A stretch of DNA of 64,000 nucleotides from a virus (IMGVR_UViG_3300036793_000060:13090-77089); one strand, 5' to 3'; numbered from the stretch's first letter, positions 17,317 to 28,086 are shown. Notes: generated by a model from the sequence alone, not told the origin. Program-made: numbers and translations.

Positions 17317-19298
17317 AGCGTCCCTCCCTGCCCTGTCTCGGCGATGTAGGTGAACGAGTCGGACCTGGCCATGGTGAGCGTCATCAGGTTGGTGGTCGGG
17401 TCCTGTGTTATCGACGTGATCCGCGACCAGATGAGGGCATTCCGCCAGCTGGTGCAGAGGATCACCGGGATGTCGTCGCCGACGAAGAACGAGCCGAACG
17501 GGGCGTTCGGGTGGTTCTTGACGGTGATCTGCGTGACGGTGTCGATGTTGTGCCTGGCCAGCAGCTGCTTGCGGGCCATGACCGTGATCCGGGCCGTGGT
17601 GGTGGCCCCCGCGTTCGTGTAGATGTACGGCCGGTGCAGCCGGCCGGAGTCCTCGCTGACGTCGGCGCGAACCGTGGTGGTCCCGGACCCGTACCCGAGG
17701 CCGATGACCCGGTCTGCGTACGCGGACCCGTCGCGGGTGGTCGTGGCCGGGGAGACGATGTTCTCTCCCTCGGCGAACCGCAGCTCCGACCGGCGGGCGC
17801 CTAGCCGTGGCACGCCAGTCGTCCAGGTGTGCGTGACCGCCGTCTTGGCTGGGTCGGCCCACTTGTGGACCTCGCGCCAGTCGAAGACCGCCTCCTGGCG
17901 TATCTGCTCGATCTCCTGGCCGATGTCGGTGGAGTTGTACCAGTACAGGGAGAACGGGTTGGGTGGCACCACCTGCGTGACCACTGCCCCGGTGACGTAC
18001 CTGCTCGACACTCCCTTCAGCCTTGTCGTCAGGTTCGCGATGTGGCCGACCATGGACGCGATCGTGTACGTGGTCCCCTCGTTGCCCACGCGGATGACCA
18101 TGCCCTGCTGGAACTGGTCGGGGTGGCTGATCCACAGCTGGTGGCTGCCCGTTGCCGACGGCTGCCCGAGCCGGTCTGTGACCGGGATGCTGGGCAGCTG
18201 CGCGCCGAGCAGGACCCCGGTGTTCTTAGGGTCGACGACCATTCCTATGTTCGAGTACTGGGACTGCACCCACTGCCACAGGTACCTGATGACGGTCATC
18301 GCCTCGCGGAACGTGACCGTGTAGTTGGCGCCCTCGTACGTGATGCCCGCCGGGTACCCGGCGAAGCCGGTGAACGTCATCTGCCACGACGGGCCGGTGA
18401 TGCCGCTGCTGGTGAGGATCCCGCCCCACTTGAGCTGGCCGTCCTGCTCCAGGTAGCAGGCGTCCCGCCACTCCGCCAGCAGGGGGTTGCCTGTGGGGTC
18501 CATCATGTCCGGGCGAGGGGGCGACAGCGTGCAGGTGAACGAGTCGGCCGCGTTCAGGTTCCAGGTGACCGACGGCTGGGTGATGCCCTGCACGTTGCGG
18601 TGCAGCCACTGGCCGGTGACCAGGTTCTGCACGTGCATGACCGGCATTACCTGCTTCACGAACACGGCGGGCGATGGCGCCGTGGACAGCGGCGCCTGGA
18701 AGGTGACATTGACCTGCGTCGTCCAGATGCTGTTGCTCAGCGCGTCCGGGCCGACCATGGCGATGGCGTAGACGGCCGAGGCCGGCGGGTTGGCCGCGTA
18801 CGGCAGCTGCACCCATGTGGACGGCGGGACGGTGAACGTCGCCGTGGACGTCGAGATGGTGCCGTGGCTGGCGTTCTGCCAGGTGAAGCCGATGGTCGCC
18901 AGCCCTGAGAGCGAGTACACCCAGCAGGTCATCAGGGGGCTGGTGACAGGTATCAGCGTGAACGGGATGCTGCCCTCGATGAACCCGAGGGCTATGCCGT
19001 TGTTGGTGAACTGGGCCGCGTACTGCTGGGGGCACCCGGACGGCGGCGACCCGCTGACCGCGAAGAACCCATTGACCACCGTCCACCCGGTGCTGAGTCC
19101 CCCGGCGAAGCTCGGATTGGCGTTGACCGGGGCGCCCTGAGCCGGGATCCAGGGCTGCACGAACCGGGTGACGCGCAGCGACTCGGACGCGGCGCTGAAG
19201 TCCCTGCCAGACGGCAGGGCGGTCAGGGACTGGGTGACCTGCAGCCCAGACGGGTAGTCGGTCGCGCCCGCGCTGTCGCGGAGGGTGATGGCGACCAT
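17313..19298 (-). CDS. Minor tail protein (hub/Tal-like, ReqiPepy6 gp37-like C-half)
   Basis: WNLNAADSFTCTL, LKWGGIL, FAEGENI and F.VGDDI patterns; ATG/TGA overlap at 19298. Confidence 0.75.
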   Translation of the reverse strand: MVAITLRDSAGATDYPSGLQVTQSLTALPSGRDFSAASESLRVTRFVQPWIPAQGAPVNANPSFAGGLSTGWTVVNGFFAVSGSPPSGCPQQYAAQFTNNGIALGFIEGSIPFTLIPVTSPLMTCWVYSLSGLATIGFTWQNASHGTISTSTATFTVPPSTWVQLPYAANPPASAVYAIAMVGPDALSNSIWTTQVNVTFQAPLSTAPSPAVFVKQVMPVMHVQNLVTGQWLHRNVQGITQPSVTWNLNAADSFTCTLSPPRPDMMDPTGNPLLAEWRDACYLEQDGQLKWGGILTSSGITGPSWQMTFTGFAGYPAGITYEGANYTVTFREAMTVIRYLWQWVQSQYSNIGMVVDPKNTGVLLGAQLPSIPVTDRLGQPSATGSHQLWISHPDQFQQGMVIRVGNEGTTYTIASMVGHIANLTTRLKGVSSRYVTGAVVTQVVPPNPFSLYWYNSTDIGQEIEQIRQEAVFDWREVHKWADPAKTAVTHTWTTGVPRLGARRSELRFAEGENIVSPATTTRDGSAYADRVIGLGYGSGTTTVRADVSEDSGRLHRPYIYTNAGATTTARITVMARKQLLARHNIDTVTQITVKNHPNAPFGSFFVGDDIPVILCTSWRNALIWSRITSITQDPTTNLMTLTMARSDSFTYIAETGQGGTL

Positions 19299-21496
19299 CA
19301 GTAGGCGGTGAGCTGCCCGATGAACCTGACCGGCACCTCGGTGCCGCCGGTCAGCTTGGACCACACGTCGTAGGTGACCCCCGCCGTCAGGGTCGTCACC
19401 CCTCCGGTAGGCCCGACCAGGAACTGGGCGATGTTGCCTGTGCCGAGCGTCGAGTCGTCCAGCCACGCCCCGGTGTACCAGGTGACCGGCTCCGCCGGCT
19501 GGCGGATGTTTCCGCTGGACACGGGCAGCGCGACCTGCGGCGTCAGCTCCGCCTCCCCTGTAGTCTGCCCGGTCGGGTCATAGCTGGTGCTGCCCAGCCT
19601 GCCTGACCACAGCACGTTGACGTCCTCCAGCGATAGCGCCGCAACTGGCTCGAAGTTCATCAGTATCGCGATCCTGTCACCTTGTAGGGCGATTGGCACT
19701 GCACTCCATCTCGGCGGCCCTGCCACGGCTCCCAGCCGTGGGGGCATGTCTGCTGCCTGCCACCGTCCTGCCTGCGCCACGGTGGTCCACCGTGGGGGCA
19801 GTGCGGCTGCCTGCCAGCGGGGTGGTGCCGGCGTCGCCCAGTACATCGGCTGCGGACCCGTTGGCGCAGGTACTCCAAGTATTACGTCTGCCGCGCCCGC
19901 CACGTCACCCCAGGCGGCCGAGACTGCCTGTGACGTGCCGTCTGCCGCGCCCGCCAGCTCCGCCAGCCCGACCCCGATCGCGGGCACAGCTGCCGCGTCA
20001 GCGGCCCCGGCCACGTCTGAGGGAGCGACCGACGCCGATACGGACAGGTGCTCCGCCGCGCCTGCCACGTCGGGCACCGGCAGGCTGGCAGCGACCGCAG
20101 GGGAGTCGGCCGCGCCCGCCACGTCGGCTGCCGATGATGTCACGGCCTCCGAGATCTTGTCGGCCGCGCCTGCGACGTCAGCGCCGGACGCTGTCACTGC
20201 CTCCGTGACCGCGTCGGCCGCGCCCGCTGCGTCGGGCAGGGACGGTGTGCCCGCGCCGGACACCGCGAGGGCGTCCGATGCCCCGGCGACGTCGGCTGCG
20301 CCGGACGTGACCGCCTCCGACAGCGCCTCTGCGGCGCCCGCCACGTCGGGCAGCGCCGCGCCGACCGAGTGCGCGAGCACGTCGGCAGCGCCCGCCACGT
20401 CGGCTGCCCCGGCCGTGGCCGACACGCTGGCGGCGTCGGCGGCCCCGGCGACGTCGGCGAGCGGGCCTGCCTCCGCCTCGGCCGGCGCCCCCTCAACGGC
20501 GGCGCCCACGTCGGACAGGGTGATCGGCACGCCGGACGCGGCGCTCTCCACTGCGCCCGCGACGTCTGCGAGGGGAAGGGCCGCCGACGCGGCTGCTGCC
20601 TCGGTGGCTGCCCCCGTGTCGGCCAGGGCTGCGGTCGCGGCTGCCTGGCTGGATTCCTGCGCCCCGGCCACGTCCGCCAGCGGCGCCAGGACGGCCTGTG
20701 AGCCGCTGTCGGCCGCGCCGGCAGAATCACCCAGGGACAGCGTGACCGTGTCCGGCAGGCCCTCCACTGCCCCGGCCACGTCCCCTTGCGTGACTGCGGC
20801 GGAAACCTGCTGCGCGAGCGGGTCCGTATCCTCGGCCGCCGCGACGTCGGACAGCGTGATGAGCGTGGGCGCGGTGCTGGCCGCCGGGGGCACCTGCTGC
20901 TGGACCCGGTGGTGCCTGCGGCGGAACCTCAGGCTGCCGGGCTGCTCGGGCGAGGGTGGTGGAGCGGATCCGAACGTGACCTCGGCGTCGAGCAGCCAGT
21001 TCAGGCTCTGGCCGTTGTACGTCGCGGGGAATGCCACTGCGCCTGTGTTGAACGGCGCATTGTTGTTAGCCGGCGTAGCCTGCGGGGCTGTGATGTTCCC
21101 GTCAGCGCTGACCGACGGGAACCACGCGGCGGGGGTGCTGCCCGTGAACAGGTACGCCTGGCTGGTGAGCGTCCCCGCCGTGTAGTAGAACGCCATGTAC
21201 CCGGCTCCGCCGGGCAGCGCTGTCGGGGTGACGGCGGCACGCACCCACCCGGACCCGGCGGCCCCCGACCATGACGGCGATGCGTTCGTGACCAGCAGCG
21301 CGGATCCGGTGTACGCGTAGCAGCCGACCTGGCTGGGGAGGCTGGTTGACCCTGAGGGGGAGTAGAACCAGATCGCCTGGAGGGTTCCGGCCTGCGCCAC
21401 GGTGAAGTACAGGCCGTACAGGGTGTTCGACTCGGTGGTGGTCGTGTACCCGGTGACGCCGGTCGGGCTGGCCTGCGCCCAGATGGTGGTGGCCAC
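19298..21496 (-). CDS. Virion protein: DUF4082-like N-domain, ~18-aa DVAGAAD repeats, C-terminal beta domain
   Basis: GLYFTVAQAGTLQAIWFYSP; repeated xxDVAGAA[DE]; PPRW repeats. Confidence 0.75.
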   Translation of the reverse strand: MATTIWAQASPTGVTGYTTTTESNTLYGLYFTVAQAGTLQAIWFYSPSGSTSLPSQVGCYAYTGSALLVTNASPSWSGAAGSGWVRAAVTPTALPGGAGYMAFYYTAGTLTSQAYLFTGSTPAAWFPSVSADGNITAPQATPANNNAPFNTGAVAFPATYNGQSLNWLLDAEVTFGSAPPPSPEQPGSLRFRRRHHRVQQQVPPAASTAPTLITLSDVAAAEDTDPLAQQVSAAVTQGDVAGAVEGLPDTVTLSLGDSAGAADSGSQAVLAPLADVAGAQESSQAAATAALADTGAATEAAAASAALPLADVAGAVESAASGVPITLSDVGAAVEGAPAEAEAGPLADVAGAADAASVSATAGAADVAGAADVLAHSVGAALPDVAGAAEALSEAVTSGAADVAGASDALAVSGAGTPSLPDAAGAADAVTEAVTASGADVAGAADKISEAVTSSAADVAGAADSPAVAASLPVPDVAGAAEHLSVSASVAPSDVAGAADAAAVPAIGVGLAELAGAADGTSQAVSAAWGDVAGAADVILGVPAPTGPQPMYWATPAPPRWQAAALPPRWTTVAQAGRWQAADMPPRLGAVAGPPRWSAVPIALQGDRIAILMNFEPVAALSLEDVNVLWSGRLGSTSYDPTGQTTGEAELTPQVALPVSSGNIRQPAEPVTWYTGAWLDDSTLGTGNIAQFLVGPTGGVTTLTAGVTYDVWSKLTGGTEVPVRFIGQLTAY
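19880..20860 (-). repeat. Degenerate coding tandem repeat (about 17 DVAGAAD units, ~54-nt period)
   Basis: Recurrent gccgcgcccgccacgtc on the + strand. Confidence 0.8.
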
Positions 21497-21513
21497 CAGT
21501 CACGCTCCCGGCG

Positions 21514-22095
21514 TCAGTTCTCCAGGTAGATTTTCAGCCCTTGCAGGCTGATCGAGTTGGACGCGCTCGACGTGCCGCAGGCAGCGGACAGCCACAGGTA
21601 GTAGCTAGTGGCCCCCGTGGTGTCCAGGGTCGAGTTGACGCTGGAGGTGCCGGTCGCCGGGATGGTGCCCCCTGCCGGGAATGCCAGCCCTCCTATGGCC
21701 CCCATCGCAGAGATTGACGACGTGGCCGCTCCTGCTGCGATAGACCTCAGGATCGCGTCAGTGTCCAGCTGCCACCAGGCAGTAGTCACCGTGGACCCGG
21801 CGGTCATGGCATTCGATGACCCGAGTAGCAGCCCTCCGGCAGACCATGTCGTGGCTGACGAGAGCAGCCGGATCGACAGTGTGAACGTCGGAGTGGCGGT
21901 CGAGCTGACACTTCCGTACGCCTTTACCTTCAGGGCAGACGACAGGTTTCCCAGCTTGCTGAAGAACGTCGCCGGAATCTGGGGAACCGGGTAGCCGCCC
22001 ATCAGGCTGGCCTCGGTAGTGAAGGTAGACAGGGCCGTCCCGGCGGCGCTGTACGAGTAGTACAGCTCCGGCTGGGTCAGCGTGTAGCCGCTCAC
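21514..22095 (-). CDS. Virion structural protein
   Basis: Ser/Thr/Gly-rich beta-type composition; located in the tail cluster. Confidence 0.7.
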   Translation of the reverse strand: MSGYTLTQPELYYSYSAAGTALSTFTTEASLMGGYPVPQIPATFFSKLGNLSSALKVKAYGSVSSTATPTFTLSIRLLSSATTWSAGGLLLGSSNAMTAGSTVTTAWWQLDTDAILRSIAAGAATSSISAMGAIGGLAFPAGGTIPATGTSSVNSTLDTTGATSYYLWLSAACGTSSASNSISLQGLKIYLEN

Positions 22096-22096
22096 G

Positions 22097-22738
22097 CTAG
22101 ACGACCGTGTTCGCGGCGCTCGGGTACCCGAACTGGATCGTCTCTGTGGCGGTCCACGTCTGGCCGGCGACCTTGGTGCCCTGGTTGGAGATGCCGTGGT
22201 TGAAGAAGATCGTGGTGCCGCCCAGCCCGTTGAGCTGCACGCCGTCGGCGGTGTAGTTGTCGGTGCCGAACTCGGCCCAGGCGAAGTTGGCCACCGCCGT
22301 GCCGAACGTCGCGGTGAACGTCAGCGTGGGGGGCGAGCTGGTGGTGGCGATGGCCGGAGCGCCGGAGACCAGCTTGTAGTAGGAGGTCGTCGAGGAGACC
22401 CCCGTGTCGCCGCCCAGCCAGGTGTCCGCGTAGGTGGCCGCCGTGTTGACCGTGCCGACGCCGATCCGCCCGGCCGTGCCGCTGAACTTGGTGGTGATCG
22501 ATGTGCCCGCGACGCCGCCGAGCAGGGCGATCCAGCCGTTCTTGACCACCAGGTTGCAGTCGTGGTCGGTGAAGTCGCTGTACGGGCGCACGCCAAGCCG
22601 CTCGAACGTGGCTGCCCCGATGGTGACAGCGCGGGGAAGCCTGCTGCCGCTGGTCAGCCTGCGGTACGCCCAGCGGGTCTGGTCCTCATCCCACTTCTGG
22701 ACCCGGAAGTCGGTCTTGACGATCGCGCTATCCCACAA
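22097..22738 (-). CDS. Virion structural protein (ANFAWAEFG motif)
   Basis: TTG start after AGGAGG; ATFGTAVANFAWAEFG...KVAGQTW pattern of tail proteins. Confidence 0.7.
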   Translation of the reverse strand: MWDSAIVKTDFRVQKWDEDQTRWAYRRLTSGSRLPRAVTIGAATFERLGVRPYSDFTDHDCNLVVKNGWIALLGGVAGTSITTKFSGTAGRIGVGTVNTAATYADTWLGGDTGVSSTTSYYKLVSGAPAIATTSSPPTLTFTATFGTAVANFAWAEFGTDNYTADGVQLNGLGGTTIFFNHGISNQGTKVAGQTWTATETIQFGYPSAANTVV

Positions 22739-22752
22739 TTGTTTTCGCCCTC

Positions 22753-23727
22753 CTAGGACGTGACCGCCTTCTGGTAGAACTCGATGTCCACCTTGAAGAC
22801 CGAACCCTCGGTTACCTCGATTATGCCCGTGTTGGTGCCGTCGGTGGTCTGCGCGAGCTGCAGTGTCTGCGTCGTGCCGCGCAGCGCGGTCGAGACGGTG
22901 GCGTCGGCCGATCCTGAGATGGTGCAGGGCAGGAACGTGGTGGCCGACGTGATCGAGGCGAGCGTGGACGTGAACGTCTGGTTGGGCGCGGACACCGAGG
23001 CGCCGAACACCGGGTACACGTTGCCGCGAGCGTGGGCATTGCCCCCGGCGATGTACACGCACCCCTCCAGCACCCAGCTGATCTTGACGCCGGTACCCCA
23101 GGCGGGAACCGGTACCTGCCAGGTTGCCAGGGCAGGCCAGGCTGTTGGGGATGTCCCGACCGTCCAGCTCACTGGGCTGGCTGCGCCAGAGGCCTGCAGC
23201 AGGGTCCGCTGCCTCTTGGGATTCGCCAGCACCCGGAGGTCGACGATGTAGCTCTGCTGCACGTTGGTAGTCGACGCGGGCATGTTGACCAGGCAGAGCG
23301 GGATGGCGGTGACCCCGCCGGGCGGCCAGGTGGCCGAGCTGGACACGCCGGAGATGACGCGGGGAAAGATCGTCTGCGCTGCGGGGGAGCCGCCCCACGG
23401 GGAGCCGGAGAACGTCGGGTCCTCCACCCGGACGACCACCATGTCTGTGCGCGGAGAGCCGGACGTGGCCGCGATCGTGACGGACGTGTCGATGCCCACG
23501 TTGTATCCGTAGTAGGCGCCCTGGTTGGCGATCTCCACCCCGTCAATGATGCACTCGCCGCCGCTGATGCTCACGATGTTGTTGGTGCCGGTGGCCGTGC
23601 AGATCATGTCGAGCGGGTTGGTGATGCCGCCGGGGCTGGCCAGCGACAGCGCCTCGGCCATCTGCCGCCACAGCTGGCTGCTGGTGTTGCCGCCGTCGAT
23701 CTGGTACGTGAGCGCGCTGAATGTCAT
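22753..23727 (-). CDS. Minor tail protein
   Basis: RTDMVVVRVEDP...AIPLCLVNMPA...IVDLR pattern typical of actinophage baseplate proteins. Confidence 0.75.
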   Translation of the reverse strand: MTFSALTYQIDGGNTSSQLWRQMAEALSLASPGGITNPLDMICTATGTNNIVSISGGECIIDGVEIANQGAYYGYNVGIDTSVTIAATSGSPRTDMVVVRVEDPTFSGSPWGGSPAAQTIFPRVISGVSSSATWPPGGVTAIPLCLVNMPASTTNVQQSYIVDLRVLANPKRQRTLLQASGAASPVSWTVGTSPTAWPALATWQVPVPAWGTGVKISWVLEGCVYIAGGNAHARGNVYPVFGASVSAPNQTFTSTLASITSATTFLPCTISGSADATVSTALRGTTQTLQLAQTTDGTNTGIIEVTEGSVFKVDIEFYQKAVTS

Positions 23728-23729
23728 GG

Positions 23730-24644
23730 CTAGTAGCTTCCTCCGAGCGACTGCGTCGCGTTGTACCAGGCGATGGTGGCCGACGCGATCCCGCTGCGCG
23801 AGGGGGTGCCGGACAGCTGCACGGTGGTCGTGCCCGGCCACAGCTGCATGCCGATCAGTGGCGTGCCCGTCATGCCTCCTGCGGCCGACGCCGCGCCGAT
23901 CATGAACGTCCTGGCCCACGGCCTGGTGTCGACCACTAGGGACTGCCCGCTGGCGAGGCTGCCGTTGTACCCGGTGAACACGGGCGTGCCGGTGAACGTC
24001 ACCTGCGGGTTGGTGACCGGCCCGCTGATCGTGATCACCGGCCAGGTGGGCACCGTGCCGCCGATGGTGATCCTCGCGATGTCCCCGAGGTACGCGGGCT
24101 GCATCACGCCGGGCGGCTTGAAGGGCGCCGGGAATGCCAGGTTAGGGATCATCTGCAGCTGGATGACGTTCTGGATGTCCTCGTAGACGTTGTTGTCCGC
24201 GCACTGGAACTGAGCCGTCCAGGGCATCAGGCCCTGGAATACCTGCCCGTAGCCTGGGGTGATGGCCCGGCCCCGCCCGTAGACGCGGCGCACGACGGCC
24301 GAGCCTGGGTAGTACAGCCGCAGGATCTGGTACCGGTTGTCTGCCAGGCGGATCACCGGGTCATTCCAGGCTGCGGAGAGCGCGTCGAAGGCATCCATCG
24401 CGTACGCCCCGGTAGCGGGCGTAGTCATGGCCTGCCCGGTCTGCGTGATGACCGCGCCTGCCTGCGTGTCGACGCCGAACAGCACGCCGTCGTGGCCGAC
24501 CACCGACTGGTCCTGGACGACCATGGTGCCCGGAGAGTAGGCCGTGTTCACGACCTGGATGCTGGAGGCGCCCCGGCCGTAGGTGAGCGCGTTGCTCCCG
24601 TCGTCGCGGGTGAGCTGGTACTGGCCCGAGGAGAGGCTAGGCAT
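23730..24644 (-). CDS. Distal tail protein (Dit-like)
   Basis: Directly follows the tape measure gene; RRVYGRGR, FQCAD, WPVITISGPVTNP. Confidence 0.75.
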   Translation of the reverse strand: MPSLSSGQYQLTRDDGSNALTYGRGASSIQVVNTAYSPGTMVVQDQSVVGHDGVLFGVDTQAGAVITQTGQAMTTPATGAYAMDAFDALSAAWNDPVIRLADNRYQILRLYYPGSAVVRRVYGRGRAITPGYGQVFQGLMPWTAQFQCADNNVYEDIQNVIQLQMIPNLAFPAPFKPPGVMQPAYLGDIARITIGGTVPTWPVITISGPVTNPQVTFTGTPVFTGYNGSLASGQSLVVDTRPWARTFMIGAASAAGGMTGTPLIGMQLWPGTTTVQLSGTPSRSGIASATIAWYNATQSLGGSY

Positions 24645-27600
24645 TGGCCAGGTACCCGCTCATCTTCGCCGCGTGCAGCCGGTACTCCAGCTCGTTGAGC
24701 GCCTTGTTCAGGCTCATGTTGTCCGGCTGCATGATGTTGATCGTGTCAGCGATCTTGCTGCTCCCCCAGCCGGGCTGCGAGGGCGCGGTGCCGCCCATCG
24801 GGGACACCCACTCCGGCCCGCGCTCGCCGAACATGTACCGATCGCCCGACTTCAGGCCGGTGCCGAGCACAGGCTCGTAGATCGGGCCGCCGTCCCCGTA
24901 CCAGTGCATCGACTGCTCATGTGCCCAGGCGGCACCAGGGTTGCCATAGCGACTTCTGATGTAGTTGAGCATGGCAATGATCTGGCCGGGGATGGTGGTC
25001 GGGTTGCCGCCCCACGTGTAGTACTCGCTAGGCCCGAGGATGAACTGCGCCAGCCCGTAGGCGCCCGAGCCGGGGTTCTGCGCGGTCGGGTTGAAGCCTG
25101 CCTCGGCCATCTCGACGTCGTAGAGGGCATTCCACTGGCCGCCCGTCCACCCGTAGCCTGCGGCCATCGTCCGCATGATGCCCTCGATGACGGCCTGGCT
25201 GGCGCTCAGGCCGCCCGCAGGGGGTCCTGGGAGGCCGATGGCGGACTTGGCGGCGGCGGCCACGCTGGCGGCTGCCTTGGCGGCTACGTGCTTGGCCTGT
25301 GTCATGCCGATGCCGATGCCGTTCATGATGTGCATGCCGGCGTCGATGGCCCACTGGGGCGGGGAGTGGATCCCCAGCGCGTGCAGGATGGCCGTGGGCA
25401 GCCCCTTGAAGAAGTTGTATACGTCGGTCCATATCCCCTTGATGCCGTTGTACAGGCCTATGAGGATATTCCGGCCGCCCTGTGTCAGCCAGTTAGCGGA
25501 CCCGGTGAACGTGCGGACGATGGACCCGTATATCCCGTGGAAGAAGTTGAATATCGTCGTCCACGTGGCCTTGGTGTCGTTATAGACGGTCCCCCAGATC
25601 TGGTGCCAGTGCTGGTACAGCTCAATGGCTCCGAGGGCGATCAGTCCAGCCGGTCCCAGCAATGGCAGCAGGAACTTCCCGAACCCGTGCCATATGAAGT
25701 TCCAGGCGTCCGAGGCCGCCCCCTTGATGAATCCCCATATCTGCTTCCAGTGCTGCCAGACCTCAATGACGCCAAGGGCGATCCAGCCCACCGGCCCGAG
25801 CAGCGGCAGCAGGTACTTGCCGAACCCGTCCCAGATGAAGTGCCAGGCGTCCTCGGCGATCCGCTTGATGAACGCCCAGATAGTGCTCCAGTGCTTGTAC
25901 ACCTCGAATACGGCTACCCCGAGGGCGACAAGGGCAAGGATAATGACACCGATCGGGTTGGCGTCCAGGGCGATGTTGAGGATTGCCTGCGCTATCGCCC
26001 ACAGCTTCACCGCCGCGACGATTGCGAGGATGGCGCCGACTATTCCTGTCAGTACATTCGGGGGAATGGCGTTAATGATGGCCGACAGCGCGTCTGCGAC
26101 CCCGGTTATCGCCCCGACCAGCGCAATGGTGAACAGCTTCGCGAACGTGAGCAGCAGCGGGAGCACCACGGGCAGGATCTGCGCGATTGACTTCAGCACC
26201 TCCGTGGCCAGCTGGGTCAGCGGGGGAAGCAGCACCTCGATCGCCGACACCAGCCCGCCGATGAGGATCCCCGACAGCTGGGAGATGAACTGGATGACCG
26301 GCGGCAGGATGGGAGTCAGCCCCTTGACCAGCGCGTCGATCAGCTTGGCCAGGGGCTTGACCAGCCCCTCGATCGCGTCGCCGAGGATGGCGAACGTGCC
26401 TGTGTTCTCCAGCACGGTGAACACGCCGGAGATCGCCTTGGCGAACACTGTCAGCGACGGGGCGATAGCCTCCAGGAGCTGTGCCAGCGCCCCGAACGCG
26501 GCGACCAGGTCACCGAGGATGGCTCCCGCGAGCGACGCCAGCACCCTGCCGATGAGCGTCAGGAACGGCAGGAGGGACTTGATGACCGCCGCGAGCTGGA
26601 CGAACACGGGAGCCAGGGCAGCGGCGAAGATGGCGGCCAGCTTGCCGATGATGGGCAGCAGCGCGCCGACCACGTCGAACAGCGCCTTGAAGATGGTGCT
26701 GCTCGCCTTGATGACCGGCACGAACGCGGAGAACAGCCCGCTCAGGTCATGCCCTAGCGTGCCCAGCACCTGCGCAAGCACGGTGATCGCCGGGTTGGCG
26801 ACCTTCAGCAGGGCGATGATCCCTGGCAGCGCCTGCTTGACGAACTGGCCGAGTCCGTCCAGGAGGATCTTCAGCAGGGGGGCGACGGTGGAGAATCCGG
26901 ACCCGAGCGCAGGGAGGACGTCCTTGACGATGTCGCCCAGCCCGGCGATCAGCGGACCCGCCAGCACCAGCGCGCTCTTGAAGAACGTGTTCACCGTCGG
27001 CGTCAGCCCGTTGAGGAGGCTGGCCACCTGCTGGAGCACCTTCGCCATCGGCGCGGTCATCCCGGCGGTCATGTTCTGCCAGGCGTTCTGGATGCTGGTG
27101 ATTGAGTGCAGGATGGCCTGCTGAGGGCCTGTGAGCGCCGCGATCTGCTGGTTGACCCCCTGCATCTGCTGGAGGGCTGCTGTCCGCGCAGCGGGCGTTG
27201 TGGCCGACTGCAGGGCCGTCTTCGCTGCAGACTGCGCCTGGAGGATCGGGCTTATGGGCTTGATCGCGCTCATCCCGCCGAGCGCCAGCGCGCCGATGCC
27301 GGCCCCGCCCACGCCGAGCACCCCGAGGCCTGCCAGCAGCGGGCCTAGCCCACCGAGCACCGACCCGCCGAGTCCGACGATGCCTGATGTCTTCAGGCCC
27401 ATGCCGAGGATGCCCGGCCCGATCCCGCCGAGCAGGTTGCTGAAGAAGCCCCCGCCGCTGCTCCCCGGCTTCCCGCCGCTGCTCCCGCCTCCGCCGCTGC
27501 TCCCGCCGCCCATCCCCAGCAGGCCGCGCATCGAGGTCGCGCGCTTCCCGCCGATGCCGAACAGGCCGCTCAGCCAGCCCCCGCCCTGGCGGTTGACCTC

Positions 27601-28086
27601 GTTGGTGGCTGCCGTGTTGGCGCTGTCGGCTGCCTCCTTGCCCGCTGCCCTGGCCTTGGCCTTGATGTCCGCGTCGTCGAACCCGAGCACGTCGTCGACT
27701 ACGGTCTTCTGGGCGGGCGGCTTGACTCCGCCAGCCCCTCCTGGGGCGCTGACCAGCTTGCCCAGCGCGCCCTGCGAGCCGGACTGCAGGGCCGTGGGCG
27801 CCCCGGTGACCGGGTGCGGGGAGAACAGCGAGTTGAGCGTGCCCAGGACGCTGCCCTGCGGGGAGGACCGCAGCCGCATGGCCGCCTCGCGCGAGAGCTG
27901 GTTGTCCAGCTGGGCGAACATCCTGCTGGCACGGCCGAACGCGGCGTGGTCGAACGCGGCGGTGATCTTGACCTCGTGCCGGGCGCCAGTGAACCGCCGG
28001 ACGCGGGCCTCGGCCTTGTCCATGTCCCTGTCGAACTGGTCCAGCCGGACGGTGAGCCGTGCCTCGATCGCACCCGCGTCGTACAC
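24637..28086 (-). CDS. Tape measure protein with a C-terminal lytic transglycosylase domain
   Basis: Long Ala/Leu/Gly helical repeats, ANPIG and W-repeat region; EAGFNPTAQNPGSGAYGLAQF...YIRSRYG SLT motif; SD AGGAGG. Confidence 0.93.
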   Translation of the reverse strand: MYDAGAIEARLTVRLDQFDRDMDKAEARVRRFTGARHEVKITAAFDHAAFGRASRMFAQLDNQLSREAAMRLRSSPQGSVLGTLNSLFSPHPVTGAPTALQSGSQGALGKLVSAPGGAGGVKPPAQKTVVDDVLGFDDADIKAKARAAGKEAADSANTAATNEVNRQGGGWLSGLFGIGGKRATSMRGLLGMGGGSSGGGGSSGGKPGSSGGGFFSNLLGGIGPGILGMGLKTSGIVGLGGSVLGGLGPLLAGLGVLGVGGAGIGALALGGMSAIKPISPILQAQSAAKTALQSATTPAARTAALQQMQGVNQQIAALTGPQQAILHSITSIQNAWQNMTAGMTAPMAKVLQQVASLLNGLTPTVNTFFKSALVLAGPLIAGLGDIVKDVLPALGSGFSTVAPLLKILLDGLGQFVKQALPGIIALLKVANPAITVLAQVLGTLGHDLSGLFSAFVPVIKASSTIFKALFDVVGALLPIIGKLAAIFAAALAPVFVQLAAVIKSLLPFLTLIGRVLASLAGAILGDLVAAFGALAQLLEAIAPSLTVFAKAISGVFTVLENTGTFAILGDAIEGLVKPLAKLIDALVKGLTPILPPVIQFISQLSGILIGGLVSAIEVLLPPLTQLATEVLKSIAQILPVVLPLLLTFAKLFTIALVGAITGVADALSAIINAIPPNVLTGIVGAILAIVAAVKLWAIAQAILNIALDANPIGVIILALVALGVAVFEVYKHWSTIWAFIKRIAEDAWHFIWDGFGKYLLPLLGPVGWIALGVIEVWQHWKQIWGFIKGAASDAWNFIWHGFGKFLLPLLGPAGLIALGAIELYQHWHQIWGTVYNDTKATWTTIFNFFHGIYGSIVRTFTGSANWLTQGGRNILIGLYNGIKGIWTDVYNFFKGLPTAILHALGIHSPPQWAIDAGMHIMNGIGIGMTQAKHVAAKAAASVAAAAKSAIGLPGPPAGGLSASQAVIEGIMRTMAAGYGWTGGQWNALYDVEMAEAGFNPTAQNPGSGAYGLAQFILGPSEYYTWGGNPTTIPGQIIAMLNYIRSRYGNPGAAWAHEQSMHWYGDGGPIYEPVLGTGLKSGDRYMFGERGPEWVSPMGGTAPSQPGWGSSKIADTINIMQPDNMSLNKALNELEYRLHAAKMSGYLANA

